Source of the DNA: Marsupella aquatica
Taxonomy: Eukaryota > Plantae > Marchantiophyta
Direction of reading: 5' to 3'
Length of the DNA stretch: 64,000 nucleotides
NCBI GenBank assembly: GCA_973895155.1
Contig: OZ316894.1
Location: 23,372,709-23,436,708 of the forward strand
This document shows, piece after piece, positions 1 to 14,002 of this stretch. Made by a program: the position numbers and the translations under genes. Numbering within the stretch: the first letter of the stretch is position 1; each line of letters begins with the position of its first letter. The notes below the pieces were generated by a model. The model had not been told where the DNA came from and did not search any database. It saw nothing but the letters and a program-made list of their open reading frames with translations.

Positions 1-1676
1 CCAAACTGGATAGGTGGATCCATTTTTTCCAACCAACTACAAAACACTCAATATGAATACCAAACTGGATCCATGGATCCACTTTTTTGGACCCACTTTC
101 AACAGAATTGCACCTTGCCTTAGAGTTGACCGTAGTTAGTTAAGTTTAGGGATATCCACAGTCGAGCAATATATTGGAATCACCACACGGGCAATGTAAA
201 GTTTGGACGTTTACACGGGTTTGGGCTTTTTGAGCGTCCAAAATGCTCGTTTGATCCAAAAGTGGATACTCGGATCCACTTTAGTATTCAATTGTTATTT
301 TCTTTGAATTTTTTTTCTATCAAAAGGGTTTTTCCTCAGGAATACCAAATCCGTATCTGACCATTTTTTGCCTTAGAAAGGTTTTTGGCCACTGGAAAAA
401 CGCTTGGTCTGTCAATGTGTTCGACCCCAAAATACACAAAACACTTCTGCCCATTTCCCCAAATTGTTGGCAAAGGAAGGCCATAATGCAAATTACTGGT
501 TCAGAAGTTTCAATTATAGTCAACTAGTCCATGCCTACCCATCGAACTACTAACTAAGGTTTACACCTTGTCTACACCCTACTTACACTGTCTTCCATTA
601 TACTACGTTTACATCAAGATTTAAACACTGTCTTTGGCTTGGAACTCCACTCTTACAGTTTACAGGTCATCCAAATTGCCTCAACCTCGGTTCCAAATCG
701 AGCTTTACACTGACTTACCGCGAGTTTTACAGATCTAGAAGGAGAGATGTAAAACGACCTTCGTGTTCTCTAGCTGTGGAGCTTTACTCGAATGCGTCCT
801 GTTGTCCTTCCCAGCATTTTGATTTGGATCACAGATTTCAGATTCTCGTCAACTGGCTTGGCTGAATCTGCGAGTGTCCTGCGCAATGCTATGGCGCCCC
901 GATCTCCCTAGCCTGCAATTAACTGCATCGCGCTTTCCCGTGTCTTTCCTCCAGGCAGCCGCCGCCATCCACTTCGGTTTTGATCTACAGATTTCGGATA
1001 ATTGTTCATGTCTATTCCTCCAGATTAACTGACGTTAACGTCGTTATGGTCACTTGCCCTCTCGAAATGAACCCAGGCTCTATACTTAGCAGTTATATAT
1101 TTTACAACGCCTCTGAGCTCGGCTGTTTCTTGATTGAACGTGGCTCTTCAATTAGTGCGCTTCGCTATTTAGATTTCCGAGTTCCCCATCAGTGCTATCA
1201 ATGCTGAGACTGTATTTTTCCATTTGACTGGCTTAGCTTGTCAGCCATGTCTGATTGAAGCTACAGCCCATGGTCTGTTGTCCAGTTGTGTCTCTTTTTT
1301 GATCCAGCAGTTGCGTCTGTGCTCACTTTTACGTTCCTCTCTATTGGCTGCTCCAGGCCACTGCCCCCTCCACTGTTTCAATCCACTGATCAGATCGTCA
1401 AAGCTGTTTCAATCATGGGTGATGCTGAGTCGCTCAAATGTGGTCTTGGCTCCAACTTGAACACCACTTTTCATTGGTAAAGTTTTCGTCCTCTTCTGAA
1501 TTGCATCTAAAGCATTAAAATTCTTGGATATATTGGGGTAGAGAGCAGTTCTGTTCAAAGAAGATGATAAGGGATAATTTATAATAGGATAAGAATCTCT
1601 GCAGTTCACGGATTGCTTCTCCATTTTGAATATTGATAGCGTGTCAATATATACGGGATCTGTGCACTATCTTGGA

Positions 1677-1755
1677 TAGATCTGGCTCAAAAAATTAAAA
1701 AATAAAATCAGATCTGGCTCACAAAATTAAAAAATAAAATCAGATCTGGCTCACA
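1677..1755. repeat. Short tandem repeat, ~32-bp unit (agatctggctca-aaaattaaaaaataaaatc), about 2.5 copies
   Basis: Direct repeats visible at ~1677, ~1709 and ~1741. Confidence 0.8.
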
Positions 1756-4700
1756 CTCCTCTTTACTCGCTTGACTTGGGAAAACTTTAGGTATCAATTA
1801 ACAAAACTGGTTCCTTTTCATCAACTCATGGTCGAAATCCTCACCGTCTATCTCTAGAACTGCTGTGCATTCAATTTCAATTCGATATGATTGAAAATTT
1901 TGTAGTCACTTTGAGTAGAAGTAAAATAAAATCTAACGTTACTAGCTGAACGTACCAATTCTGCGCCAGCATTGATCGATCGTTTCCCTCTCAAGTTTTT
2001 TGAATCTATGCCTTAACAAGACAAAGGACTAGCTTCAATTCGTTCAATCGATACTTTTGAGCCAATCGGCACCCTTGAACCTCAAGTTTGTTGCTTAAAT
2101 AGCAGGTTCCTTTTTTTTTGGAAACGGAGAGCAACAGACCAATCTAGCGAATCCATTCCTAGATCAGTGAAGTGTGGATTAGGTGACTGCTGGCCTTGGT
2201 GATCATTCTCTCAACTTACTACAAGCTGTACACCCGGCTGTACACATGGTGGGTTGTACACATGGTACGTGGGTGGTGCCGATAGTGGTAAGGTGAGATG
2301 TATGCAAGTATTGACGGTCGCGTCGCAAGCCGCCCTTTCAGGTAACCAAATTCTGGGCCTCCTTCTGTGCGATATCCACATAATCAATGGAAAGCTGCTC
2401 TCCTAATTACTGAAATGTTCAGCTTCAATTGATGTACGATCTTCTTCTTTGGTGGACCTTACCTCGCTGCTGTAGATTGTCTATCTGGTCCAAACTTACT
2501 GTTGGTCGCTGGTGCTGGCAGAAATTCTCTCCCAATTAGGATAGTTATGATCCATTTCATTTTTAAAGCCACACAGAGATTGAGGGTTTTCCCAAGTCAC
2601 TTGCAATCAAACTTTTTGGTGAAGGCCTCTTGTACATATACACCTTTGGATTTGCCGTTGGCACCTTGTTACGTTATCAGCTGCTTCTGCGAACATCCTG
2701 ACTGAGGTACCGGTGGGCACGATATGTCCAGAGTTGCTGAAGGCCAAAGGGGAAGATCTACTTTAATTTAAGTTCTTGAGGAGCCTGGATTTTCGATCTG
2801 GTAGTGCAGTCCAGAATCTCGCTTTGGACTATAATTCTCAGAAGAGGTACATTGATCAAATGATGATCCTTGTTATGGTTGAGGTAGCCTCACAATTATA
2901 GGGACACCCTGTACAGTAGTTATGATTGCTGGACTCAACGTGTAGAAAGCTGCACTTTGAATACTGTCGACTATATGTGGTGCTGACTTTGTGGATGTGC
3001 TTTTCAATCGCTCTGTAGAACTGTAGCGCCGATCGAGTTGGAAAGCATTAGTTTTGCAGCATTCCTCCTGCTTATCCACTTGATTAATAAAAAGTGGTTT
3101 ATTTGGTCTTGTTCTGGTAACCTCGAAGTGAATTTCAAATATGAATTAAGGATCGAGGTCATGAAGTTAGTGAAGTATCTCACAAAGAAGGGTCATTGTA
3201 GCATGCGAGTAAAATTTTACTCGCATGAGCAAAAAGTTTCCTCACATGACACATGACCCCTAATTTTTCTATATGCAATTGCCTCCCTAAGAGTAAACTG
3301 CTGCTTGATAACATCCATTTTGGGGACTCTTCTTTTTGCTAGCGATCTCGCTAGCCATCTGGAGTCATAGAAAACACAAAAAAAATAGAAAAGGCAGCAA
3401 AAAGCAAAATAAATTTAAAACCACAAGTGTCTCCCTAACAATACTCCCCTTGCTAACAAAACTCCTGTTTGCTTGCATTATAGAATACCTCCACAAAGAA
3501 CATGACGGACTTTGAGTTTTGGTGACCTGCAGAATGACAAAGAATCCAGAATTGCTACTATTATTGCTTTTGGGGGGATTTTTCCCCCAATGCAAGAAAT
3601 GTACGAATGAATTTTATAGTCCGTGGGTTTAGAGTAAGGGGCGAGGGACTGAATATGTGCATGTTAGCAGAGAGGAATATGTATACTTGGGAAAGCCGGA
3701 AAGGGAAAAGTGAAAAGAAGATAGAAACTTATTAATATGGAAAATTCAGTCCATTTCTATAAATTTGTACATTTCTTGCATTGAGGAGGAAAAATAACTC
3801 AAAAGATCAAAAGAGGAGTCACTTCGTCATAGACATAGATTCTTAGTGGCTGGCAAGTGCATTTCCAACCCTAAATTTTAATTAGGGCCTGTGAGTGGAC
3901 AAATCTGTTAATATTGCACAAGTGAAACATCAGAGGCTGTTGCTGATATTGATGCCCAGAGGATACCTAGAGGATAACTTTTGAGCAAGGCACTTTCTTC
4001 AATGTATTCAACAAATTTTGTGACTCCATCATAAATTTATTCTCAGATACACCTGATCTCACCCAATCCATGCATTGTTAGAGCCTCCTGGAAATTCATG
4101 ATTGCGTGGAAGGTGATAAATTTGGCTTCTGGGCTTTTGTGTTCATTGGTGTGTGAACAAATTGACTTATGATGTGTTGTATTTGATCCAAAGTGGTGCA
4201 AAATCCTTAATTTGAACTTTCCTCAGGCTGACATTTTGTGTCATGTGCTTTAAAATACCCGCCAGGTATGGATTTGGTTAACAGAATTCTATATATTTGT
4301 CTATATGTAACTTGCATGTACGTTGTCCCTTAGTCTTTCAACTGGGCGATGAATTTCAATTTGTGCAGTCTAGATGGGGCCCCTCAGGGGAAACAAACCC
4401 CTTCAGACGAGGCCCCTCCACTTGGAAACCACTTGTTGGGCCCCCAGTCCCTGTAGCCCTAGCCCCTCCTTCTGCAGCCCTTTTCTCCTTTTATGAATTT
4501 TCTAATATCACCTTGTGTGAAGTAGAAGACTCTGAAAATAGTCTTTATGCAATTTTCTTAGATTGACTATCTCGTTGGCCACCCAATCATTAATTCTTGA
4601 GTTTTCAGTTTTCAGGCGGAGTGACAAATGTCACCTGGTGAGGAGTATTTCTTATGTGCAAAATTGGCCACCTTTGTAAAAAAACGTACAGGAGCCACTT

Positions 4701-7050
4701 TTGGCCAAAATTATGCTTCAATCCTTTTCTCTACTTTAATTTCCTCCTATCTAGAGACCCCACTACCCAGAAACTAATGGTTTCCCTTAAATCCAGGGAA
4801 ATCTAATACTGAGAAATTGATCTAAAAATTATATAAAGAATAATTGTCTTACTATACAGTTCTACTTCACACCCCGTCGACCCAAACTGTTATATGTCTG
4901 TCAGCTTTTGTCTACAATGAAAAAAATGAAAAATAATAAAATGAAATACTGTGAATATATTAAAAATAGAGGAAATTTTTATCCCATTTTTATTTACCAA
5001 AAAACTTTAAAAATTGAAACCCAAAAAAGAGAAAATTATATTAGAACAAAAATAGTTTTCTTGTTGCACGCAACAATGCTTAGACTTGTGACTGCCATAA
5101 GTCTTCATTGTGATGATTCACTTATACGTACTCTTTAACTTATTCCCACATACTAAACTTGCACACCTGGTAGCACACCCACAAAGACACCGTGGTTGTA
5201 ACAATTTTGCATGGATATGACAATACCATGGTCAAGATGAACATATGGTTGCAACAATTTCTTGACTCGTCTGCATTTATTTGCCTTGCCTTTACATCTT
5301 TTGTGTCTCACCTCAACATCTTCAACAACTGAAGGCAAGGGTGAGTAGTTCAGGGATTGTGGGGTCATGTTTCAAGAAATCTTAGTTTTTTGGGGGGAAC
5401 TAAAACCCGTACAACCCCACGGGAAGGGGAGCCAGAAACAGGCAGTGCAAGGGCCCACAGGCCGAAAAGGAGCCCAACAATTAGGCAAGCCCAAGGGGGA
5501 GCCAATGTTAAGAATTGACTCAAGTTCCCGGCTTTAGTTAGTTTGGCCTTTCTAGGGTTAGTTAACCCTAGATTACATTAGGATAAGATCCACTTAGATT
5601 AGGCCTCCTCATCTCAGCCCCCTTGGGATATAGGTTGGACTGCGAGCATTATTTCTCTCTCATTCTTCACATGTACTCTCATATATTATGGATCCTTCAT
5701 GAGTTTTTCCACTTGTGGTGTCTTGTTGGTGTAGCGTCTAATCGAGTGTCTCTCTCATGTTCCACATTTGCTATCTAGTCTAAGCCGACAGTTCCTTATA
5801 GCCAGAGGGCAGCAAGAAACCTCTACCTTGGTTTGGGCTCACACAAAGTAGTTTGTTGCCTCTTAAGTTGGTACTCAAGCCAGGTCCAGGATCCCTGGGC
5901 CCTCACTCCAAGTAAAATCAATAACCCCCTACGATCATGAACCTATCCATTTTACATTTTTCTATAAAATATTATCTTGTTACCGATAATAATTAATTAT
6001 AATTATTAGTTCAAAAAGAATAAAAACCAGTCTTCAAACGTTTGCAGTACTCTGCGTATTAATTAAGACTGAGGGCCTAGGGCTCAAGGTTGGATGCACA
6101 TAGTTTTACTAAGGAATATACAAACCACTTCCTCTGATCATGTATGTAATTTTACTCAACTCATAATGAGAGCCATAAACACAGTGGTAAACCAAACGAG
6201 AAGTGTGACCACACTACTTGTTTTGCCTGTAGGCAAAAAAGTTCTAAGGCAAAAATAAAGTGGATATGGCTCTCGCATTCACCTGATTCCCGGGGTCCTC
6301 ACTTCTTTTCTTCCTACCCATCACGCGCGAATAAGTATAGGGTTTTTTTATTGGGTTTAGTGAAATACTTTTAAATTTTTGTTGAAGAACATTAGGGTTA
6401 TTTTAATCCAATTTTGAGAATTATAATAATCATAGGGTTTTTTAAAATCAAATATGGGAATATTATTGGAATATTCCATTAAGTTAGGGGTAAAAAAATT
6501 CCTAAAAAAAACTTTATTGACTTAACTTTTAGGGTGTTTATTCTCCCAAAACTTCGAGCGTGATATGGGACACCCCTTGGATTGGGGCCCCCGAGACCTG
6601 ATTAGCAGGTTTTTTTACCTTAAAAAATTGGAAAAAATGGCCTGAATGTGAAAGAGGGATATGGCGTATCCATTTTTGCATTCCTAATGTATTTTGACCT
6701 AGGGCATCTTGGTCAAGCATAACGATGGACAAGTTTAGTTAACTAGAGGGAATATCCTTGTGAGATTCTCCCCAACCATAACTTTTTACTGATTGTGGTA
6801 CGACTATGGTTAGAAAATAACCATAATTAGAACAAAAACTATAAATAGAGGTCATGGCCCACCAAAAAACATTGCTAAAAAAATCAAAAACAATGTTCTC
6901 CATGTGGCGTCACACTTCTCTTTTGGTCTGTCAATATGTTGCAACCAGAACCCGGGAACCAGAAATTATATTTTCAAAGAGCATTGCTTTTGTTACTATA
7001 CAAGGAGTGCTTTGAGTACTTTGCCATTGCGGAGTTTTGGAGATTTCAAA

Positions 7051-7420
7051 TGTGTTGAGCAAAGACAACATTCACAACAGCAAGCCCATGATCATCCAAC
7101 GCACGAGCCAACGCACAAGTAGTTGACACAAAGAAATATGTAATTCACCTCAACTGAGGCTATGTCCGCGGGTCTGGAGCACACAAGCTTTATCACACTC
7201 CCGGACAATCACTGCACTCTAGCCCCATTGACCATACCGAGTCTCCGCTATACAAGTTCTTTTTATCTCTCAACTGGCTCCATAACAATGAACATGAGTT
7301 CCTCATATTCAAGCAAACACCGGTTGGGGATATAGTATGCAGTATAGTTAACCTAACCAAGTTTACAACTAAATTTAACCCTAACTACAATGACGTCATA
7401 ACTCTAGACCAGAGGTAAAT
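7051..7420. mobile_element. Solo-LTR-like copy A, 3'-truncated on the + strand; same family as 7494-7842 and 55907-56238
   Basis: Begins tgttgagcaaagacaacattcacaac, similar to tgttgaactaaaacgtcattcgcaac at 55907. Shares the gtagt-gacaca...gttcacct...ggctatgt core with the other two copies. Confidence 0.55.
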
Positions 7421-7493
7421 GCTTGATGAAATGTACATAAAAATTTGGACTTTGAATCCACTACATCCAAGTTGTCAATGGACTTTTAGGTAC

Positions 7494-7842
7494 GTATTGA
7501 GCATTGATGACATTCACAACGGCATGCCCATAACCATCCAACGATCAAGTAATTGACACAAAGAGATACGTGGTTCACCTCCACATGAGGCTATGTCCAC
7601 GGGAACACACAAGAATTTTACTGCACTCTAGACCGACCGGCCATACCAAGCATCCACAGCACAAGCTCTCCCTATCTCTCAACTGGCTCCGTAACAATGA
7701 GCTTGAGTTCCCACTATTCAAACAAACACCGCTTCCAAGATATAGTGTGTGTGCAGCATGACTAATCTAACCTAGTCTACGACTAAGGTTAGCCCTAACT
7801 GCGGTACAGTTGTAGCTCTAGACCGAAGAGTTAATCCTAACA
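7494..7842. mobile_element. Solo-LTR-like copy B
   Basis: About 350-bp diverged direct repeat of 7051-7420. Ends agaccgaagagttaatcctaaca, like agactaagagcaatccttaaca at 56238. Flanked by ttagg(t) on both sides, a possible TSD. Confidence 0.6.
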
Positions 7843-8344
7843 TTAGGTGCACTCAATCTACTTCTCGTAACAAAAAATGTAGATAAGTTGTATTCAATGA
7901 GTACAGTTACCATCCATATGTAGCCAAATTCTCTCATGACTAGGTATAAAGCCTTTATCTACTTGTCATAGTTCATGGGGATGACTAGAGACAATGTAGC
8001 AAGATAAGGGCTTTAACTTCTATGGCATGTGATTTCTTTATCTCAAAACTTAATATGGATTATGATACAAATAATTTGGTGAGTAGATCATGGCATATGA
8101 TCATTGCTTATATCAAAAAGTTATTGGGGCAGATATGTGATCATTCTTTACTTCAAAAAAGTTATGGCTTATGAAATTTGTAATGATTGAATAGCTTCTC
8201 TTGTGGGTAGCCTTGAACTAGTCATGGATATGAATTTAGTAATCCATAACTTTGCTTGAGAGGCTTATGAAATTTGGTCATCGATAACTTCGCTTGAGCG
8301 CAACCTTAAACTAGTAGTTGAGGTACAAGAAGTTTTGAGGTCAC

Positions 8345-9170
8345 CTTAAACTAGTAGGTTGTGGTACAAGAAGTTATGAGATTTGAGACAGTCCCCTAAC
8401 TAATATATTTCCAAGTCAATCACAAATCGTGCACCGAGGGAGTCTTCTTGTGTAGACTGTACATCTCCATTTGCGGGATAATTCCTCGAAAACTTTGTGT
8501 GGCGTCGCATACCACGTAGAATCCCTGTGAGTCAGGATAGCGCATCGTGCAATCTTCCAGCCCTGGAAATGGCATAGACCTCGGCGAGTTGTCGTTGCCC
8601 AGAGTCAACATAATCCACGACGTCAGACGTGCCCGGCCCACGAGAGACAAAACCCAGACAAAGTTCATTGTTTCTAACGAATGGCTCAATGCCGTAATTT
8701 AGTATTCTCACTACTAGTGGACTTGTGGTTGAATGAGCATGTTTACGATTTCTGATAAAAACTTCTTCCCTCTCGTTATTAGCATTCAATGCAGCCGGGG
8801 ATGATTGAAGTCTTTGCCATCTTGAGTGTGGAAAATATGCCAGAGAGTTGTCTTACATTCTTGATGGGTTTCTTCACTGAAACTTTTTTTGGTTCTAAGA
8901 TCAATGAATTCTGTTTCACCATTCTCTTAAAGCGAACACAGCGATAGGATTGAAGCTTTCTTCACTGACCCTTGGAATAGGACGACTGCTGTACCTGTGG
9001 ACCTGCTCTATTTCTCACAAACCACACCATCCTGTCAATATGCGACGACTCATGTGCGCGATTGAGTATTTTTCTCGGGCGAAAAGCTTGCAGTTCATGC
9101 ACGTTCGAAAGTGAGGATTTCCCGTGGAGTAACGGAGCCTGCTCTTCAAGAGAAAGGCGCAGTCCGAACC
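8345..9170 (+). promoter_or_regulatory. Upstream promoter/5'UTR region of RLK copy 1, co-duplicated with 15785-16697
   Basis: Colinear blocks shared with the upstream region of copy 2 (gagatttgagac-gtcccct, caagtcaatcacaaatcgtgca, ggcatagacctcggcg-gtcgttgcccagagtcaac, ttagcattcaatg). Confidence 0.6.
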
Positions 9171-12114
9171 ATGATGGCGTGCAAAAGAACAAAGCGACCA
9201 CTCCTGCAGTTCCTCGCCTGTCTGGTGGCAATCTGCTGGGCTGCATCTCGTTCATCGGTCTACGCCAAACTTCTGCAATCTAAAGTGACCGTCACTAACG
9301 GAGGATGCGACAATTACAGTGTAGAGAGCAAATGCGTCCTGCCTGTTCTCTCGGATGATCATGTCGATATCAACTATAAGCTTGCATTTGTCAACCTAGA
9401 GGCGACTCTTGACCTCTATACGTTATCCGTGGCCTGGACTGCATATCCCAGCGGCCCACAATATCAGAGAATCGTTTGGAGCGCCAACAGAAACCAGCCT
9501 GTCAGGGTTGGGGCATCGTGTACCTTCTCCCCAAATGGCAGCTTTGTTCTCCATGATAACGATGGCTCCCAGGTGTGGTCTACCTACACAGACAACATGG
9601 GTGTGACTGGCCTCGACTTGAACTCAACCAGTGGGGAATTGAGACTCGTTGGCGCTGGAAATCAGACAGTATGGTCGAGTTTCTCTTACCCCACTGACAC
9701 TCTCGTGGCGGGACAGCAGCTGGTGTGGCTGGGGATGCCGCTAGTCAGTGGAAACTCGAGTATTAACAACTCCGAAGGAGCGTACTCACTTGTAATGCAG
9801 CCGGGAGGACTGGTCCTCTATGCAGGCCTGCCTGATCCTCAGCCTTACTATGTGTGGAATTACTTTGCACAGTCTCAGGAGCCCATGCCAGTTTCATCTC
9901 TTCTGAAGACTTGTCACAACCCTGTGACCCTCGGGCTCTCTTTGAATGGTGAGCTGCGTTTGTCAAATTTGAGCACTCCTAGTACAGGGAACAGCCAGAA
10001 CTACACATCCCAGGCTCTATGCAATCTCCCGTCAAATTACAGTACCATCAAGACGAGCTCGTATCCCAACCAGGCTAACACGACTTTCATGGTTCTAGAA
10101 AGCGATGGTAACCTCAGAGTTTACGTCTACGCTCTCGGAGGAGTGTTGGCGACAGATTATGATTTTTTCACAAACACCCAGTGTGATCTTCCGAGTGTTT
10201 GTGGTGGCTATGGTGTGTGCAAAGCAAATGGGCTGTGCGAGTGCCCGAAGGATCCGATCCCGTGGACGAACTCATCCGATCCCACCATGGGATGTTCCAC
10301 TTCTCAAGGCTCTTTGGGAACGTCATGTGCTGCCAATTCCCAGGTGCAATTCGGTCAGGTCACGGCCGTGGAATACTTTTCGAACAGATTCAGCGCCCCT
10401 ACTGACATCAACATATCAATTACTCACTGCGAAAATCTCTGCGCGAAGAACTGCTCTTGCACGGCTTCGTTCTACAATTCGCAGTCCGGGGCTTGCTACT
10501 CTGTGTTCGAACCACTCTCGTCGATGAGATCCAGTCCGAATTCCAATTTGAGCGCTTTAGTGAAAATCACTACTGTAACACCGAGTGCCGTCGCGCCACG
10601 GAGTGTTGCACGGAAGAAGAAAAAGAGCTCCAGCCATGTAGCTGTGTGGATTGGCGTTGGGGTCTCTTGCTTCGTCGTCGTCTCACTAGTTATGTTGGGA
10701 ATAGTGATTTACGCAAAGTCCAGGCACAAGGCGAGACTGGATCAGCAAGCGAAAGAAAATGGGTTTCTGCAAACCCTTCCAGGTTTACCTCCGAGATTTT
10801 CTAAAAAGGAGGTGGATGCAGCGACCATGGGGTTCACGAAAACACTTGGGTCTGGAGGCTTTGGCACGGTGTACGAGGGCACTCTGAAGGACGGATCCAA
10901 GGTTGCTGTCAAGAAGCTAGAAAACTCTAGGAGTACGAAGGATTTTCGTGCAGAGATGGCCACTCTCGGCAATATCCATCATATCAATCTCGTTCGTTTG
11001 AGAGGCTTCTGTGTGGAGGGTCCGCACAATATGCTCGTGTATGAATTCATGCCCAATGGATCTCTTGACAGGTGGCTTTTCAACCCTGATTCGGAAGCCG
11101 CCAGCTTAGTGTCCGTCGCACTGAACTGGGACACTCGCTTCAAAATTGGTCTCGGCACTGCCCGTGGCCTGGCTTATCTGCATCAAGATTGTTCAGGTTT
11201 CTGTACATCTTCTCTGTCTCTCATCTTAATTCTCAGTGCTTCAGGAGGAGCACAGGCCCGAATGTCTCTCAAAATCAAGCATGTGCTTCCGGATTTCATG
11301 ATTTCCTTGACAAATCCATTTTCCTGGGTTGTGAAGTTTGCGTATTCGTTTGAGATCAGTAGCATCGATATTTGCGAATGTGATTTCATTCAAACATTCG
11401 TAGAGTCTTTGTCACTCTTTCTAGAGTCACGTGTGCCTTTGCTAAAATTTGTTGAGCTTGAAATGTTTCTGTTGAACAGAGCGTATTATCCATCTCGACG
11501 TCAAACCGCAGAATATTTTACTCGACGAAGACTTCAATCCTAAAGTTGCAGACTTCGGTCTCTCGAAGCTGGTGGACAGAGATGACACCGGCGTGGTGAC
11601 AACGATTCGAGGAACTCCTGGGTATTTGGCTCCGGAGTGGCTTCTCCAAGCTGCAATTACAGACAGAACGGACGTATACAGCTACGGCATTGTCTTGCTA
11701 GAGCTGGTTGCAGGAAGAAAGTGTCTGGACCGTTTTACGCAGGATGCCAAGCGAAGATATCTTCCAAAATGGGTACTTCGGTGCGTGCTTCAGGAAGACG
11801 CATTGGAAGTAGTGGACCCGAGGCTTGAGATCATCAAGGACAACGAAGAGCAGGTTAGGAACGTGATCCACATTGCTTTAGAATGCGTTCAGGAAGACAT
11901 GAACCTCAGACCATCTATGGCAAATGTGGTGAAAATGCTGGAAGGCTTTGTGCCCGTCCCGGATCTCAACAGAGACGCACTCTCGTCCAGGTACCGGTTT
12001 CTCAATCTGGTGGACAGCTCTGGTGAACAATCATTGGGTTTAAGAAGTACTAGGATTAGCGGATTGAGTATCTCTTCCGACAGCAGCCGGACAAAATCTT
12101 CGTCGACAACGTAA
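9171..12114 (+). CDS. G-type lectin S-receptor-like Ser/Thr kinase (SD2-like, non-RD), copy 1; exons 9171-11196 and 11480-12114
   Basis: Signal peptide, bulb-lectin motifs (IVWSANRNQPV, WSSFSYPTDTLVAGQ), EGF-like CDLPSVCGGYGVC, PAN CENLCAKNCSC, TM helix, and kinase motifs GSGGFGTVY/VAVKKL. A GT-AG intron at 11197-11479 restores CSERIIHLDVKPQNILL..DFG, followed by GTPGYLAPEW. Confidence 0.95.
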
Positions 12115-12289
12115 CTTTTCAAATTATTCTTTTCTACAAAGACGAGTTTCGGGACCGTGGAGATGTTTTTGGCAGGTGAGTTATTCAAACGGTCATCTCA
12201 AGATATACTGTACATCGTATCATAGATTTTTTGCATTCTAGTCATAAATGTGGATAGTATCTGAGCCCTCTCACCCTCCGTTCATCCAG

Positions 12290-13260
12290 TATTACACCAC
12301 TTCCACCAACCACACCCAGGCCAGCTTCAGTTACTCCTCATAGTCATGGTCTGGGAGATTTGTGCCATTGTCTTGACAAAACCTGGATCCACCATGTGTC
12401 ACCAGTTTAAATAGTATCTTTTTACTTTTGTGGAGCAAAGTCTCACCCTAGAGAAAAAGAATGTGAACAAGGGAGATCTAGTCTTGGACATTTGTCCTTT
12501 GATATGGAGAGTGGTGGTTTAAGACCAAATACCACAGATTCATGTCACAGTTCATGGCTAATAGCCATTATATCATAGTAGATACTAAGTCCTCCCACCC
12601 TGCCTCTCATGAGGCCATTGTCCTGGATAAAGTCGTAGGACAAGCCTGCCAAGGTGGCTTTAAATAGGATTCTTTGAGCCCTACTTACATTTTTCTTATT
12701 AATGTACGTGGAAGGGCTTCAAGATTCTAGGAATCATCCATCTATCAATTAAAGTACCAATGGGCTTTGGTTTGTTAATGGATTTGTTGGAGACCATTTC
12801 CTTTGAAGCTGATATATGCTCCCATGGACCACTGCATTTGACAAGAATGATGCAGCTCTGATTGACCCTTACAACATGTAAGCATCACTTTGAAATTTAT
12901 GAAGCTCAGATGGCACTTTTTGTTTGTGTAATGGTCATTGTTTTGGTGGGCGTTTTGGGTTTCAAAAAATAGTCGCTCCATTGGAATCCCAAGTTCAAAC
13001 ATTATCTTCAGTCTTAGCGTCTTCCAGTTTGATTCATTCCTTGGCGTCAAAAGCTTTTCTTGCATCAATAAGATGCTAGAGAATAGCAAAGGAGGAAACT
13101 AAAATCCACTTAGAACTGGGAATGCTCAAAAAAAGTAGAGGCTGATGAAATGTTGTATCTATGAGAATGTGACTATAGCTACTGTAGCTTATGAGAAATC
13201 TGGTGATGCACTCCCTGGCTTCAAATTCTTCTTATTTGATCTCTCAGCACACTAAGGAAG
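12290..13260 (-). mobile_element. Highly degenerate LINE-like (endonuclease/ORF2) fragment
   Basis: Broken minus-strand frames with weak L1-like sequence (e.g. a HHSPI-like end-of-endonuclease motif). Many stops; assignment uncertain. Confidence 0.25.
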
Positions 13261-14002
13261 CAATGAATTTTGTCCTAATATTCAACCCTACACCCTAAAT
13301 TTAAATTTTCTTGAGATGCTATATGACAACCCCACAAGGCAGAAATGGAATCCCCCTGGCCAGTCGGCAAGCTGGCCTGGGGAGATTTGAATTGGAAAAG
13401 TTGTGAGAGACCACAGTACTTTTGGGGCTTAAGCTCAGTACTTAACTCCTCCCCACTTGTGGCAACTGAATGAGCTCTAAATAATGCCCTTGGGCTAACC
13501 TGGCCTTAATATGGATTACAGCCTGACTGCGTCAGACCAGCAGAGCTGCCTTCCTCACCTGTTCCCTCATCCCAAAACTTGTGGTTGCCCAGGAGTCACA
13601 ATCTAGGGGCATCACTCTGACAATAGGCTCCAGAGTGTAGCTTTCAATACCAAACCACTAGTTAGGATACACCAACATGGGGACTGGTCTGACTAGGTGT
13701 TGATTACCTCTACTCTTAAATACTCATTTATTTCCTTAGGTGGGATTTCCTCCAACATGTGACTAGCTTATGGCCGCGCGACTTGAGCTTGGTGAGTAAG
13801 CTACTGTATATCTTGAATTCACTTAGCAAGTAATTGAGCTATCTTGAATTCCCAGTCATTATTGTTTTACCTTCAGGTAGGCAGTTAGGTCTTATGGTTT
13901 GGTTGTTCCTCAATTTCTAAAAATATAATTTAAGGTAAAGGTAACATTGGGCCAAAGATGAATTCTGCTCTACTGGGCATATCTATAAGTATATAATCGC
14001 AA

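Noticed and set aside
760-4300. Possible decayed retroelement or gene on the minus strand
   Set aside because: Only short broken frames with no diagnostic motif that I could recognise.
5368-5910. Possible solo LTR
   Set aside because: Composition is LTR-like, but no convincing TG..CA termini with a TSD were found.
11197-11543. C-terminal extension of the 810-aa ORF (and similarly 18733-18821) suggesting a truncated kinase
   Set aside because: It is read-through into a GT-AG intron; splicing restores a complete kinase domain.
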